64,000 bases of DNA, taken from NCBI GenBank assembly GCA_951406725.2, contig OX597823.1:96782001-96846000 (forward strand), written 5' to 3'. The notes under the pieces are model-generated. The model worked only from the letters and a program-made list of their open reading frames with translations, was not told the DNA's origin and did not search any database. This DNA is from Octopus vulgaris (taxonomy: Eukaryota). This document shows, piece by piece, positions 25,262 to 39,547 of the stretch. Every line of letters begins with the position of its first letter. The first letter of the stretch is position 1. Both the position numbers and the translations under genes were made by a program.

Positions 25262-25978
25262 TTAAATTTAAATGTTGAAGTGAATCTAACGGTTTTTGTG
25301 TGTTTCTTAAATGGCTTATAAACACCTTCCACGCTGCAATTGTTTTTGTTCCAGCACACCATCTCAGATCAAGTCACTTGCTATGCAAGTACATCTCCAA
25401 AATACTTTTCTTTCATTTTTTTATGAAAACAATGAAGAATTTAGTGAAATAATTGCAATATTAAGTTGGTGTTTGGAAATTTTGATGGCACTTTTAAATT
25501 TAGATCACTTTAAAGTAGTCTCAGGTTGGTTGGTATCAAATGGGTTAAGTGCTTCCTTGTCAAAATCTATTTTCCTCTTAGCTCTCATCCAATCAAATTA
25601 TTCTTGTTGAGAAGAACATCAGGATTTCCTTGAAATTTAAAATTTTCAGCATTTAATTAATTTCTATGGAATTTATTTAGTGTATGTAAAAAGCATTAGT
25701 GCTGGTGCCATGTAAAAAGCACCCTGCACACACTGTAGACTAGTTGGTGTTAGGGAGACATCCAACTGCAGAAACCAAAACAGACTATGGAACCTAGTTT
25801 GGCTCCTGGCCTTGCCAGCTCCTGGTACACCATCCAAACCATGCCAGCATGGAAAACAGATGTTAAATGATGATGATGATATATGGTGCAGGCATAGCTG
25901 TGTGGTTAAGAAGTTCACTACCCAACTATTGGGTTCAGGTTCAACCCTCCTGCATGGTACCTTGGTCAAGTGTTTTCT

Positions 25979-26193
25979 TATTTCTTTATTGCCCACAAGG
26001 GGCTAAACATAGAGGGGACAAACAAGGAAAGACAAATGATTAAGTCAATTACATCGACCCCAGTGCGTAACTGGTACTTAATTTACCAACCTCAAAAGGA
26101 TGAAAGGCAAAGTCGACCTTGGCGGAATTTGAACTCAGGCGAAATACCGCTAAGTATTTCGCCTGGCATGCTAACGTTTCTGCCAGCTCACTG
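25979..26193 (-). mobile_element. SINE B inserted into a SINE A head
   Basis: 19-bp TSD CCTTGGTCAAGTGTTTTCT (25960-25978, 26194-26212). Confidence 0.9.
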
Positions 26194-26342
26194 CCTTGGT
26201 CAAGTGTTTTCTGTTATAGCCCTAGGCTAATCAAAGCTTTGTGAGTGGATTTGGTTGATCCCTAATGTTTGACTGCTACTGTTTTAGTAACTTCAAAAGA
26301 GTTGACTGGAAGGTGTAGGAGTAAATATTCTAAATATTTTCA

Positions 26343-26705
26343 TGGCACAGGAGTGATGGGTGGTAAGTAGCTTGCTTACCAACCACATGGTTCCAGGTTC
26401 AGTCCTACTGCTTGGCACCTTGGGCTATTGTCTTCTACTATCGTCTTGGGTTGACCAAAGCCTTGTGAGTGGATTTGGTAGAAGGAAACTGAAAGAAGCC
26501 TATTATATATATATGTGTGTGTTTGTGTGTCTGTGTTGACAACTGATGTTGGTGTGTTTACGTCCCCATAACTTAATGGTTTGACAAAAGAGACTGATAG
26601 AATAAGTACTAGGCTTACAAAGAATAGGTCCTGGGGTTCATCTATTCGACTAAAAGCTGTGCTCCAGCATGGCCACAGTCAACTGACTGAAACAAATAAA
26701 AGAAT
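26343..26705 (+). mobile_element. SINE family A
   Basis: Full head to AATAAAAGAA tail. Confidence 0.85.
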
Positions 26706-27502
26706 GGAATTGATGAAAATCCTAATAGTTAATGGTTGACTCTTGTTAAGGAAGTGAGCCAATCGTCACTCAACAGAAATTTGATATCACTCTCACTCTT
26801 ATCTCACAACCACTTCTTTAGTCATCTCTTTAACCTCATTACTTATCTTTCTCCCTCTCTCTTTAAATCCACTCCCTCCCTCCTCAGCAACTCTCTTGTG
26901 GCCCCACCCTAAATGTCACTCTCTCTTACTAGCTCTTTATCCATCTCTATAGCTTTTTCTTTCTACCCCCACCCCTTCTTATCTCCTTTATTCTTTCTTC
27001 TCTCCCTCCCCATTTCTCTCTCAGGAATACTTCCCCTCTTCCCACTCCTCCTTCTCTTAGCTCTTTATCCCTTTCTCTCTCCTTTCTCTTTGCACTTCTC
27101 TCTCTACTTAAAGCTCTTTCTTGCACTCTCTAGCCCTAGCTCTCTCCCTCTCTTGCTCTCCCAACCTTGATCATTGGATATTGACCTTAACAAATTCAAT
27201 CTGACCAGGCAAACATAGACACATAGAAAAGCACATGTTCAAATAATGATGACGGTGATGATGAATCAAAAGGGGTGAAATAGCAGAATTGGAAGAGTGA
27301 TTAGATTAGGGGGTCCCCCCCCCCACTTTATACTGTGAGTTGAAATGCCATTAGGGTCAAATTTGCTTTTCCTTCTTCCAGGTTCTTTAAAATTAGTACC
27401 AAGTACCTATATCTAAGTTGATGTAATATGTAGCTTGTATGCCAATGTTAGAAATCATTTTATAAATTTGTGAATTTTGTAAGAAAGTTGGAGTTGTATT
27501 CT

Positions 27503-27955
27503 TTAGACCCTTTTGATACCAAACCCCCTGAGATCCCTTTAATACTAATCCTCCTGAGATATATCCTAGATCATTGATAGAAACTTCCTGCTTTAAAGTG
27601 ATCTAAATTAAAATCTCATTCAAAATTCAATGTTAATTTATGTTCTAAACACCGGTTTCATAGTGGCAAACTTATTTTCCTAAATTCCCCATTGTATCCA
27701 AAATTAATTAAAGCAAATGCAGTGTATTTCAACAGAAATATAGAAACAATAGGATTAATAATGACCAATTTATTTGACTAAATTCTTCGTTATTTTCAAA
27801 ATCAATTAAAATAGAGGCAGTGTATTTCAGTATAAATATGGTAATGAAAGGATTAATATTGTCAAAGTTATTTTACTAAATTTCTCGTTATTTTCAAATT
27901 AATTGAAACAATAGAACTGTATTTCAACAGAAATACTGTAACAAATGGATTTATT
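27503..27955. mobile_element. TTAA-type (piggyBac-like) MITE with its terminal ~98 bp triplicated
   Basis: Starts CCCTTTTGATACC; three successive copies of the AAGTTATTTT.CTAAATT...GTATTTCAACAGAAATA..GGATT unit (27657-27758, 27755-27855, 27853-27952). Confidence 0.7.
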
Positions 27956-28369
27956 GGTCTAAATGAGTTATTTAAAGTAAAAAACTAATGAATAAATTTT
28001 TTAATTGAATCTCAATTTTAGGACTAAACATCAAAAAGCAAAATTCAAATTCAGTAGGACTATATGACCATATGAAAATATTATAAGAAAATAGGTAATT
28101 AATCAATAATAATTTATTAATTACTTCTCTACTTTCTTATCTTATTATAATAAATGAAATATATATAAACCATGGTTTATATAGTTACTTTGTAGTTGAG
28201 TATTAATTGTAATGTTCAACATTCTTTGTATAGGTAACTAACCAGTAATTTCATAGGATTTTGCTATCCCTTAATGAGGTCTTGTAACCTTTATTTGTAC
28301 ATATGAAAATATACATACATACATATACATACACACACACTCACACACACATATGTGTGTGTGTATATG

Positions 28370-28411
<42 letters not shown>

Positions 28412-28537
28412 AGTGTATATTTATATATATGTGTGTGTATGTATATATATGTGCGTGTGTGTATATATGTGCGTGTGTGTATATAATGTGTGTATGTATG
28501 TATGTGTGTGTGTGTATATATGTGTATGTGTGTATAA

Positions 28538-28930
28538 GCACAGGTATGGTTGAGTGGTTAGAAGTTTACTTCCCAACCACATGGTTCCAGGTTCAGTCCC
28601 ACTGCGTGAGACCCTGTACAGGTGTCTTCTACTATAGCCTCAGGAGGACCAAAGCTTTGTGAGTGAATTTGGTTGGTGGAAACTGAAAGAAGCTCATCAT
28701 ATGTATGTGTGTGTGTTTGTTACTCCCCCTCCCCACCACCTGACGACCAGTGTCGATTTGCCTATGTCTCCATAGCATAGCATTCAGCAAAAGAGACTGA
28801 CAGAGTAGGTACCAGTCTTTAAAAAAATCAGTGCCAGGGTTGATTTGTTTGTCTAAAACCTTTTCAAAGCGGTGCTCCAGCATGGCCTCAGCCTAAAGAC
28901 TGAAACATTAAAACAGGTAGAAGATAAAAG
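28538..28930 (+). mobile_element. SINE family A
   Basis: Head and tail motifs as in other copies. Confidence 0.8.
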
Positions 28931-30821
28931 ATATATTGATCAACATTGACCATATGTATGTGTAGGGCTGGGCATGATTTTTGGAGGAAGACTAGTAGTT
29001 GCCCATGTATGTATGTGCTCCCTTTTCACAACGCTGATGTTTATCTGAGACAAAGGCCACCAACCTGTGTAGGCACAACTTGGCACCATGGTCCTTTCAG
29101 GTTTCAAAAGAGACTGCAAAGTATCTTGCCAGACCCTCAACAATTCTGCCAATCCACTATCATGGCTTGATACTTTTTTTGTCAACCCTGAAAGGATGAA
29201 ATGTAATATTGACTTCTGTGAGAACTGAACTCAGAGTGCAGAGGATCGGAACAAACATGTATTGTATTCAATGTTCTAACAGTTCTGACTAAATGAAAAT
29301 GTTTTCATGTGTAGCTATGTGACCCCATGGTTTTATGGAACTCACCATCATCAATTGGTTAAATTTTTGGAGCCTCAAACAAATGCTTTGAGGTATTTGT
29401 TACAAATCATTATGTGCTGAGTTCAAATCTCACCATGGTCAACTATACTTTTATTTTTTTTTTTTTAGAATCACCAAGATAAAGTACTATTTGACTGCTG
29501 GGGTCAGTTTGGGGCCAGGTCAATTCTAGGATGCATGACATTCCTATAATATATCCAAGATGTAAATATAATGGAATTATAATAGCAGACTTAGACATTT
29601 ACTGACAGAAATGTTTGTAACTACTTCTCCAAGAAGTAGAAACCATTGAATCATATTGTACTGTTTTAATAAAAGGAAGGAGACATTAGATGATGTAGTC
29701 CTAGATACATTTGCCTGACAAAAACCCAAAAAAGACTGAATGGTTAAAGCTGGAACATCTTTGATTATAGTCTGGCCTGGAGTTAAACATAGATGAATCT
29801 CTGTCATACAATACAAATTTGATATAAAAAGGTTTTGTTTTCTTTTAGAATATCTATATTAGAACTTTCAAGGAAAAGGTCAAGATGTCAAATTCAGAAT
29901 CAGTTAAATGAAGTTACATATGTATCCCATTACCAAATTTTAATTATTCCTTTCATAAAATGATGTCTTACAAATTAAGATGTTTGCTGAAAAGATAACA
30001 AGCTATTATATACATACATATATTATATATTATATATATACATATACTAATTTATAAGTCAAATAATGAAATCTTTGTTTATTGGAATTTGAAAATGTTA
30101 CCATAAACAAGCCTGCATTTCATTATATAAGTCACATTGGACTCTGATATTTCATCCAAGATATTAAACTGTACGGTTATTCTTCTTTGTTCTCGAATCT
30201 CTTAGATAGCTTTGTTATAGTCTTATCTACTATTTTTCACTGTTCTGTGTTGTCGACTTATAACTTGATAAATTTCTTCAACAGACTACGTTCAACACGA
30301 AGTAACAAGACAATATTTATTTGAGCACGTTCTTATTCGTTCATAATGATTCCAATTTTGGTTATAGTGGTGATAGAATTGGTTCAACAAGGATACACTG
30401 AATGCCTTTGTTCCATCACAGGCACATGAAGACTTAATCTATCATCATCATCATCATCAACTTTTCCATACTTGCATGGGTTGGATGGAATTCGTTGAGG
30501 TGGATTTTCTATGTTCAGATGCCCTTCCTGTCATCAACCCTCGTTTGTTTCCAAATAAGGTAATACTTCCCCCACAGTCAAACAGGGAAGACTGAAAACA
30601 AAGAACACTTATTCATATGACAGCGACACTTATTTACAACTCTCAATGTTAAGACAGGGAAACACTCACACTCATCCATACATACATACATACATATATT
30701 GTACATACATGCATGATGATAATTGCATATATATATATACACACGTGTGTGTGTGTGTGTGTGTGTATACAGGGGTTGGACAAAATAATGGAAACACTTT
30801 AAAATTTCAAACAAATTTATT

Positions 30822-32072
30822 TTAATATGGAATAGGACCACTTTTGGCAGTAATTACAGCTTGAATTCTATGAGGTATGGACTCGTAAAAAGTTTGAATT
30901 GTTTCCAAAAGAATTTTTGTCCATTCTTCAGCTAAAACAATCTCCAGTTCTTGTAATGATGATGGTGGAGGATATCGATTCCTTACTTGTTTTTCTAAAA
31001 TGCACCATAAATGTTTTATAATATTGAGATCTGGGGTCAGTGGTGGCCACATAAGATGTTCACTTGAATGTTCCTCGTGCCATTCAGCTACAATTTTAGC
31101 TGTGGGAATTTGTGCCTTATCATCTTGAAAGATTGTGTTTTCCTCCAGAAACAATTCTGCAACCATAGGATGAATTTGATCAGATAAAATGCTTAAATAA
31201 TGTTGATTATTAATTCTGCCACTAAGGGAAACCATTGGGCCAGTGGATTTCCAAGATATAGCCCCCACCCACTCCAATCATCACAGATCCTGCTCTATGT
31301 TTAACCCTTTCGTTACTGTATTTATTTTGAGATGCTCTGTGTTTCTTTCAATTACTTTAAATATAACAAAAGAATTTAGTAAAATAACTCAGTTATCATT
31401 CAGCTAGTGTTAGGAACATAAATTGTGAGTAAAGTTTGGTGGAAGATTTTAATTCAAAACTTATGAAAACAAGGCATTTGTACTCAGAGCCAGAGATGGT
31501 TTCAGCCGAGTTGGTAACGAAAGGGTTAACAGTTGGCAGAAGGCAGTCTGGGTCAAATGCTTCTTTTGGCTATCGTATACTCATCCAGTGGTCGAAAATA
31601 AGGTAAAGGATGACTCGTCCAAGAAAATAACATTATTCCACTGCTCTAGGGACCAATTCTGTAGGTTTTTACTCCACTCTAAATGTTTTACAACATTTGT
31701 TTTTGGAAGTAGTGGTTTTCTGATTGAATGACTCCTGTGAAATCCGGCTTTGTGCAGCTCCCGGCGAACAGTTTTTGTGGAAACTGGGTTCTCAAGGTGG
31801 TCATGAAGCACTGCAGTAATTTTGAGAGCTGTACTTTTGTGATTCTTTCTTATAGTTTGCTTAAGAGTCTGACGGTCCCTATCTGAAAGTTTTGGTTTTC
31901 TTCCGGAGTTTTGTTTCGACAAGGAGGTTTTTCTCTCTTTCTCAAAGGCTGTCATTACTTTTGAGACAGTACCTCTTGATACACCAAACGTTTCGGCTGT
32001 TTTCATTATGCTAGCGCCTACAATACGAGCACCAACAATTTGACCTCTTTGAAAGTCTGATAGCTCTGTCAT
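30822..32072 (-). pseudogene. Tc1 transposase pseudogene (paired-like HTH + DD34E)
   Basis: MTELSDFQRGQIVG..GRKPKLSDRDR HTH; FLDES, PTVKH..SVM, FQDD, WPPxxPDLNII(E>K) with 34-residue spacing. Stop at 31583-31581, frameshifts, MITE insertion. Confidence 0.95.
31305..31525. mobile_element. piggyBac-like MITE
   Basis: TTAA TSD (31301-31304, 31526-31529); 12-bp TIR CCCTTTCGTTAC. Confidence 0.92.
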
Positions 32073-33235
32073 TTTAATGAATTTTAATTATCTTTTTCTG
32101 ATGATATCTGAAAAGAAACAGCAATTTTAGCAAAACATATTAAGCAACACTTATAATGAATAAAAAAATATAAAAATAAACAAGCTTTTGACGATTTTAT
32201 AGATATTTCAAAATTATAATGCTATGATGCTAGGAGTTTCTATTATTTTGCCCAAACCCTGTATATATATGTGTGTGTGTGTGTGTGTATAAAACAGAGT
32301 TATTAGTGAGGGATTATTAATCTGGGCATATATATAAGCTCTCTGTCAGTACACCAGGCAAATAATGTTTTATTAGTAAAGAATTCCACATATTCTTGAG
32401 GTGATGTCTGAGGTTATAGTTCATCACCATTCTAGGTTTTAAGTCCATGGTTGTGCTCCAGATATATTGGTTTCTACATGGTACCTTGTCTTGTGTGTGT
32501 TTGTGTGTGTATTACACACATACACATAGACAAGTGCACACACATTCACACTTTCAGTTTCTGTCTACCAAATCCACTTTTAGCATTTTCTGAATGGCTC
32601 AGGAAGACCCTAGTTTATGTGGTAAACCTGGGGTTTATACTGATGACCCTTTCCTACACATGGTACCCATTTAAAACTATAGATCATGGCAGGGACTGTT
32701 AAATATTTTTATCATAGATATAACATGACATTAGTGAATACCAACTATCAATACTTTGGTTGTTTAATTCCTTGCTGACCCAGCCATCTGGGATTCTACA
32801 AGCCTTTTTTTTTTTTGGCCTTTTTTCAGGAACTTTCTCATCATTTTTAGATTAGCTTTTGAGTTTTTATTTTATTTTAGTGTGGTTTAGTTTTTGTATG
32901 CTGAAAGGCATGACTCTGCTTAACAACTGTCTGGTGTTCTGTAATACCATTGTGATGGTTAGAGTTGGAGGCAGACTCTCAGCAAGTTAAGGTCATGACC
33001 TAATTTAAATTCTTCCTGGTAATCTGTATTTTATGGTACTTAGTTGTTAATGCATTTAAAAAAAAAAAGAAAGCAAGAAAAACTCTTCTTCTGTAACCAG
33101 TTGCTTATTCATTACATTCTTGTGTCTAGCATATGTCCATTATTCCTCATTCTTTCTTCAACAAACATCTTACTTCGTAAGCCACCATTTTATGAAGGTA
33201 GAGATGAAATAATGATAATGATGATGATGATGATG

Positions 33236-33289
<54 letters not shown>

Positions 33290-33293
<4 letters not shown>

Positions 33294-33745
33294 CTTCCAG
33301 ACAGATAGGGTGCTAGAGTATCAAAGGCCAGATATAGTAACGTTTAGGAGGGACAAACAAGAGTGCCTAATAACTGATGTGGCAGTGCCAGGAGATCAAC
33401 ATATTATCATGAAAGAAGGAGAAAAGATTGATGAATATGGGGACCTGAGAATTGAGATTGTCAAGGATGTAGCAGCTGCGAGAGTGAAACATAAGGGTTG
33501 TCCCTGTTGTCATCGGAGCATTGGGTTCAATACCACCCAACCTGAAGAAGCATCTGGGAACTTTAGAAATACCTTACAATCTAGGCGTATTGCAAAAATT
33601 GGCATTTTTTGGAACTGCACACATATTGCGTAAAGTACAGTCTGTCTGAGGTACTTGTTGTGACTTGACAGAGTACAAGCCCCAGGTAGACATAATATCT
33701 CTAATCAACATCACAATATTTGATGCTGTGCGACTTCTTAAATAA
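33290..33745 (+). mobile_element. 5'-truncated R4/Dong-clade non-LTR retrotransposon (restriction-like endonuclease C-terminus + 3' UTR) in (TAA)n
   Basis: QTDRVLEYQRPDIV..CLITDVAVPGD..EKIDEYGDL../VVPVVIGALGSI..LQK..GTAHILRKV is the PD-(D/E)xK RLE signature; TAA repeats on both flanks. Confidence 0.88.
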
Positions 33746-34764
33746 TAATATTAATTCTTTCTTTGAAAGACACAAGTCCTGAAATTTTGGAGAAGGGAGC
33801 TTGTTGATTACATCGATCCCAGTGCACAACTGGTACTTACTCTATTGACCCCTAAAAGATGAAAGACAATGTTGAAAAAATAATAATAATATTTGTATAA
33901 ACTTTTTCACAGGACCAGCAATTTTTAGTGGGAGGATGTTAATTAATCACATTGACCCCTATACTTGATTGGTACTTTATTTTATCAATAACCCCCACCC
34001 CACAAAGGATGGAAAGCTAAGTTGACCTCAGCAGGATTTGAACTCAGAACATAAAGAGCCAGAAGAAATACCACGTTATATTTTCTCTGATGTTCTAATG
34101 ATTTTGTGAATCAATTAAAATTTACTAACGAGAGACATTAATAACTTGAATTTCAAAACCTATGACTTAACCCATTTCATTGATTAGATTTACTTTTATT
34201 TTTATGTTCACATATCAGAACCCTTTAGTTTGGTTGGGAAATATTATAGTCTGTTAGGCTGATAGGAGTCCCTAGGTGATGTAACAGGGTTTAAGGAGGA
34301 GCTGGGGGTCAAGTTTTGTCATACTTTTATTCCTAAATACACAAAAGCAATTAAAATGCTTCAAAGTAGATGTAAAGCAATTCATTTTCTAGAGTTGTGA
34401 TTCTTAAAACCAGGTGCTATTTCCTCCCCACCACCAACACCACCGCCGCCACTTTCCTACACTCACTCGGGAGGAATGGTAGTGAGATTGCTTTAAGAAG
34501 ATGGTTTTCCTTTCTAATTAGTGAGGGTATTCTTCAGAGATTGTTGGGTTTATTGTTAGCATTTTAAAATTCCTTGTATTATTGTTATCTTCCTTGTAGT
34601 TTTGTGTGAGTCACTTTTCTGGGTAATGTCAAAGTGGGAGAAAAATCTGGTGATGAGAGATGTCAATGTAGACATGGGTGGTGGTGGTGGTGGCAAAGGA
34701 GAAGAGACAAAAAAAAAGTAAAGAATCACTGTTTAACCCTTTTGTTGCCATATTTATTTTCATT

Positions 34765-34801
<37 letters not shown>

Positions 34802-35154
34802 CCATCATCATCATTTAACATCACTGATTTGGGCTTTTATCTTTTCAGGGTCAATAAAATAAATACCAGTTAAGTACTGGGGTCAATTAAAGTGACTTAG
34901 CCCACTCCCCCAAATTACTGGCCTGGTGCCAAAATTTGAAATCATTTTTAAGCTGAGGTTTGGTCTTAAGATTACAGAATCGTTCAGACACTGAGCTAAA
35001 TGCTTAGCAGCATTTTGTGCGTCTATGTTGTGAGTTCAAATTTCACTGAAGTCGACTTTGCCTTTCATCCTGTTAGGGTTGAAAAAATAAGTACCAGTTA
35101 AGCACTTGCTCTCTCTCCTGAAACTTGCTGGCCTTGTGCCAAAATTTGAAACTG

Positions 35155-35505
35155 GATTGGTGCCCCCTGACTGGTTCTTGTGCCGGTGGCATGTAAAAAG
35201 CACCATCCGAATGTGGTCGATGCCAGGTCCGACTGACTGGTTCCCATGCCAGTGGTGCGTAAAAAGCACCAACTGATTGTGACCAATACCAATACTCCCT
35301 GACTGGCTCCCATGCTGGTGGCATGTAAAAAGCACCCACTACACTCTCAGAGCGGTTGGCATTAGGAAGGGCATCCAGCTGTAGAAACTTTGCCAGATCA
35401 GATTGGAGTCTGGTGCAGCCACTGGCTCTCCAGACCTTAGTCAAACTGTCCAAACCATGCCAGCATGGGAAGCGGACATTAATTGATGATGATGATGATG
35501 ATGAT
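35155..35505 (+). mobile_element. Family C RTE-type 3' tail with three GGTGGCATGTAAAAAGCACC units
   Basis: Same terminal block and (GAT)n tail. Confidence 0.8.
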
Positions 35506-35897
35506 TAAGCTGGTGTTTGGAACATAAGTTAGCATGAAATTTTGATGAAAAGTTTTAACTTAGGTCACTTTAATTTAGGCCAAAGTTTTATGAGTGGATT
35601 TGGTTGACAGAAACTGAAAAAAGTCCATTGTGTGTGTGTGTGTGTAAAATTTAAATAATCAGAAAATGGAGAAAACTTTTGATCAACAATGAAACAAATT
35701 GAACCACATCGGTTGACTATTTTTTAATACAAAGACATGTTTATCCTGTTGTTACCTGTCCCCTATGAGCATGGTTTGCCTGCATACCTATACCCAGGGA
35801 CAGAACAGGTAATTGATACTCATAATAAATATCGATACTATTATCCCTTAGTTGGTTACCACAACTGATAACTCTGCTTTCCTACATATATATATAT

Positions 35898-36089
35898 ATC
35901 TGTAAATATAATATGTGACAATTATTCAGTAGTCAAGATAAAACTCTGAGTTTCAGATGCCGAGGTGGAAGAAACTCAGAGTTTTATCTTGGCTACCGAA
36001 TAATTGTCACATATTATATTTACAGATAAATTCCTCTATTTACATAATATTGAGGCCTCTTTCTTTCTTTTGTTATCTTACCGTTTTTA

Positions 36090-36092
<3 letters not shown>
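35898..36092. mobile_element. Family P1 palindromic copy in (TA)n
   Basis: Arms 35898-35954 and 35971-36027; the right arm starts exactly at hammerhead GAAACTCAGAGTTTTATC. Confidence 0.8.
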
Positions 36093-36127
<35 letters not shown>

Positions 36128-36502
36128 TATACACACACATACATATATACATTTGGGATACATATACATTTGTTCTCAATGTTATGTCAGCCTTTGAATT
36201 ACTAAACCTGTTATTGGTCTTCTGTATATTTGCATTGTTATTGTTGTTGTTGTTAATGCTGTTGTTGTTGTTGCAATAAGTGAAGGTGAAGGCTGCATTG
36301 GTAAAGCTTGAACTCGATGCCTTGTAGTATTTGGTGCTGTTTTAAATGTTCTGAAGTCAGCATCCTGCTGAGCTTTGCATTAGGAATTTTTTGTATCCTT
36401 TCCAGAATTGATAAAACACATAATGGGACTAATTTTACTCACCATCTCTTCTAAAAATCAGAATTGATAATAATGATAATAATAATAATAATAGTAATAA
36501 TA

Positions 36503-36715
36503 GTTTCAAATTTTGCCACAAGGGCAGGTATTTTGGGAGAGGGGATGTGTTGATTACATCAGCCCCAGTGTTTCACTAGTACTTAATTTATCGACCCCAA
36601 AAGGATGAAAAGCAGGGTCGACCTCAGCGAAATTTGAACTCAGAATGTAACGGAAGATGAAATACTGCTAAGCATTTTGCCTGGCATGCTAACGATTCTG
36701 CCAGCTCACTGCCTT
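36503..36715 (-). mobile_element. SINE family B between (AAT)n runs
   Basis: Reverse-complement family B head and core. Confidence 0.85.
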
Positions 36716-37363
36716 AATAATAATAATAATAAAAATGATGATAATGATGATGATGATCATCATCATCATAATGAGTTTATTATATATCAGTGCTCAGGTG
36801 CACAGCAATGCATCGGGAAAAGGGGTCAGAAAGCAGCAGTAAGTGAATTAGAAAAGTGAACAGTAAAAGAGCTATAAAGGAGAGAGGGTGCACAGACATG
36901 TCGGGAGCAGTGTTGGTTGGCAGATTAGGGAAGCATAGAATTTTTGTAAATGTTTTAATGTAAGAAATCAGTATTTTAAGTGAAAGAAGGGATAAATCAT
37001 GATTTTTTTGTTAAATTGTTTGGCACTCAATGATCATATAACATCTGAAATTTTCATTTGAAGAATCTCGCTTGGATACACATAAATGTTAAGAATTAAG
37101 AACTGAGGTATGTCAGTGCAGTGTATAAGCGACAAACTAGAAGCAAACAATTTGAGTAGATCATAATATATAATATATTATATTCAGAAATGAGTTTGCC
37201 TGATGCCTACCTTAGACACGAGGGTAGCTTTTATTTTCAATGTCACTAATGGAAAATGGACAGATCTTATTTAGCTCAAGTATTTAAACATCTGTGTTTG
37301 ATAGACATGTTTAAATTTGCCACATCACATAAGTTGTCGCTTTTTCTCTTAAATATGTATGTA

Positions 37364-37405
<42 letters not shown>

Positions 37406-37743
37406 ACTATATATATATCTGTAACTATATAAATATTAATATAGATATACACACACACATACACACCCATACATATATGTATATACACATGTATGTATAT
37501 AATGTTTTCTGTTGTTAATAAGTGTCATATTTTGTTTCATTCTTCTTATTTTTTGGGGGTGTTTTGCAGTTTTGTTTTTGTAATTATTTTTACAGCTGGG
37601 TGCATATTATTTTTTCTTGTTAAGCACCCCAGTGTAAAAGCAGAAGTGCTGCCTCCATGTTAGACCAGAAAACTGAAGGAAATAAATTTTTGTACTTTTG
37701 AGAAGAGTACCACTCAATACCTTTCGTTGTAGTAGCAGTAGTG

Positions 37744-37779
<36 letters not shown>

Positions 37780-39138
37780 ATAAAGTTTGAATATGTGACA
37801 GTAAGGTTCAGTAATCCAATAACTTAACCTTATAAGTGATTGACTTGAATGTCAATATAGACTAGGAAATATATGAAATATAGACTAGGAAAGCGCGCTC
37901 ACACACACACATATATATATATATACACACCACACCACCTCTAAATTATGCATGTGTGTGTGTTGGATTGAGGACTGATGAGAAAATGTTTTAGACTATT
38001 TTTTCTTTCATTCCAGTGATTGAATTGATAGCAGGAATTAAATATTAGCAACTAACCCTTGGGTCCCTTAACTAGAGTCTACTCTGTTGCAAGCATTTAA
38101 CCCAGGGTCCCTATTTGGAGAATACCATTCTCCTTCCCAGCTCATAGATACTGACTTTTCTATGGCTAACTACTTTCCAGAGTGTATTGTTTGCTGTTTG
38201 TTTCCTTGGTACCAGCACTTGTGGGATCACCAAGTAACTTGCAAGACAAAAGAAAAAGACCCTCAACTGAGTGGGGTTATTGTACAAAAGAAATGGGCTT
38301 AATGCCTGGTTTCAAGGGCCTAAAGTATGAATGAGGGACAAGCACAGGTGTCTTGTTGTAGGGGAGATATATGGCTAACCTGCAAGATACATGTCTACCA
38401 AGGTATATTGTTTAGACTGAACTATAGCTCTCATCTATTAAATGTCATAAACCTCTCAAAAATGTACCCCCCTCTTCCCAAAGGGCTCTTAAGAGCTCCT
38501 TGATGGGGTGCTTCTGAGGTATTTACATTCATAATATCTATACTTCTTTGAATTGAGGCATGAAAAATGAGGTCTTTCAGGTTAGCCTGGTGCCCTATTC
38601 AGACTGAGAGATGCTTCTCATCTGTTAAAATGACATTAAACTGTATACAAGCCCCAACCAGCTCTTAAACGCCCCCTTAGGGGTACTTCCCAGACATTTT
38701 CATTCATAATATTTATGCTTCTGTGAGTCACAGCCTGAAAAATATCTTCACTGAAAGACTGGTTGTTCTATCCACGATGGCACTTTTACTTATCATTGCT
38801 GTCTTTATTTGACTTACTGCTGCTTTCTGTTCCTCTTTTACTCTTTTCTGATCAGCTGTAAATACACCTAAATTATGTCTACAATAAATTCATTATTATT
38901 ACAAAAGTAGCCATTTAACTCTTGCTTCTAAAAAATCCATGCTTCCTGAAATTCACCAACGCCACTGCATTTAAAGTACCTCTGCACTCTTTTTGCTGTT
39001 CACTCTTATGTCTGTCTGTGTTCTGTTCTCTCTACCATACACGTACTCCCAGGCTTCCTAGTTGCCATCTTCCTTTAATTGTTGTCTTCACGTATGGCAT
39101 TCTTTCTATCCCTTCTTTTGCTCTTTTCCTGATGAACT

Positions 39139-39183
<45 letters not shown>

Positions 39184-39490
39184 TAAGTACATCTGGGTTT
39201 TTTCTGGTTTTGTTTTAATTTATATAGTTTAGTTAGATGTGGTCTGGCAAAGCTCATGATCTTTTTTACCGGGCTTATTTGCTTAGCAGGCAAACAGAGA
39301 CAAAAATTTTGATACCTTCAGACTAATGATTCATTCCAAATGTATACAACAGAATGGACTTTGCTAGGCACCCCAGTGCAATGTGCTGGTGTTAAAACCA
39401 GATAATGGATTATGGTATGTTAAGATCCATGAAATAATAATAATGATAATGATAATAATAATAATAATGATAATAATAATAATAATAATG

Positions 39491-39547
<57 letters not shown>

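Larger units (their letters stand above)
30770..32261 (-). mobile_element. Complete Tc1-family DNA transposon (inactive)
   Basis: 28-bp TIRs CAGGGGTTGGACAAAATAATGGAAACAC (24/28 match to the other end); TA on both sides; internal transposase. Confidence 0.95.
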
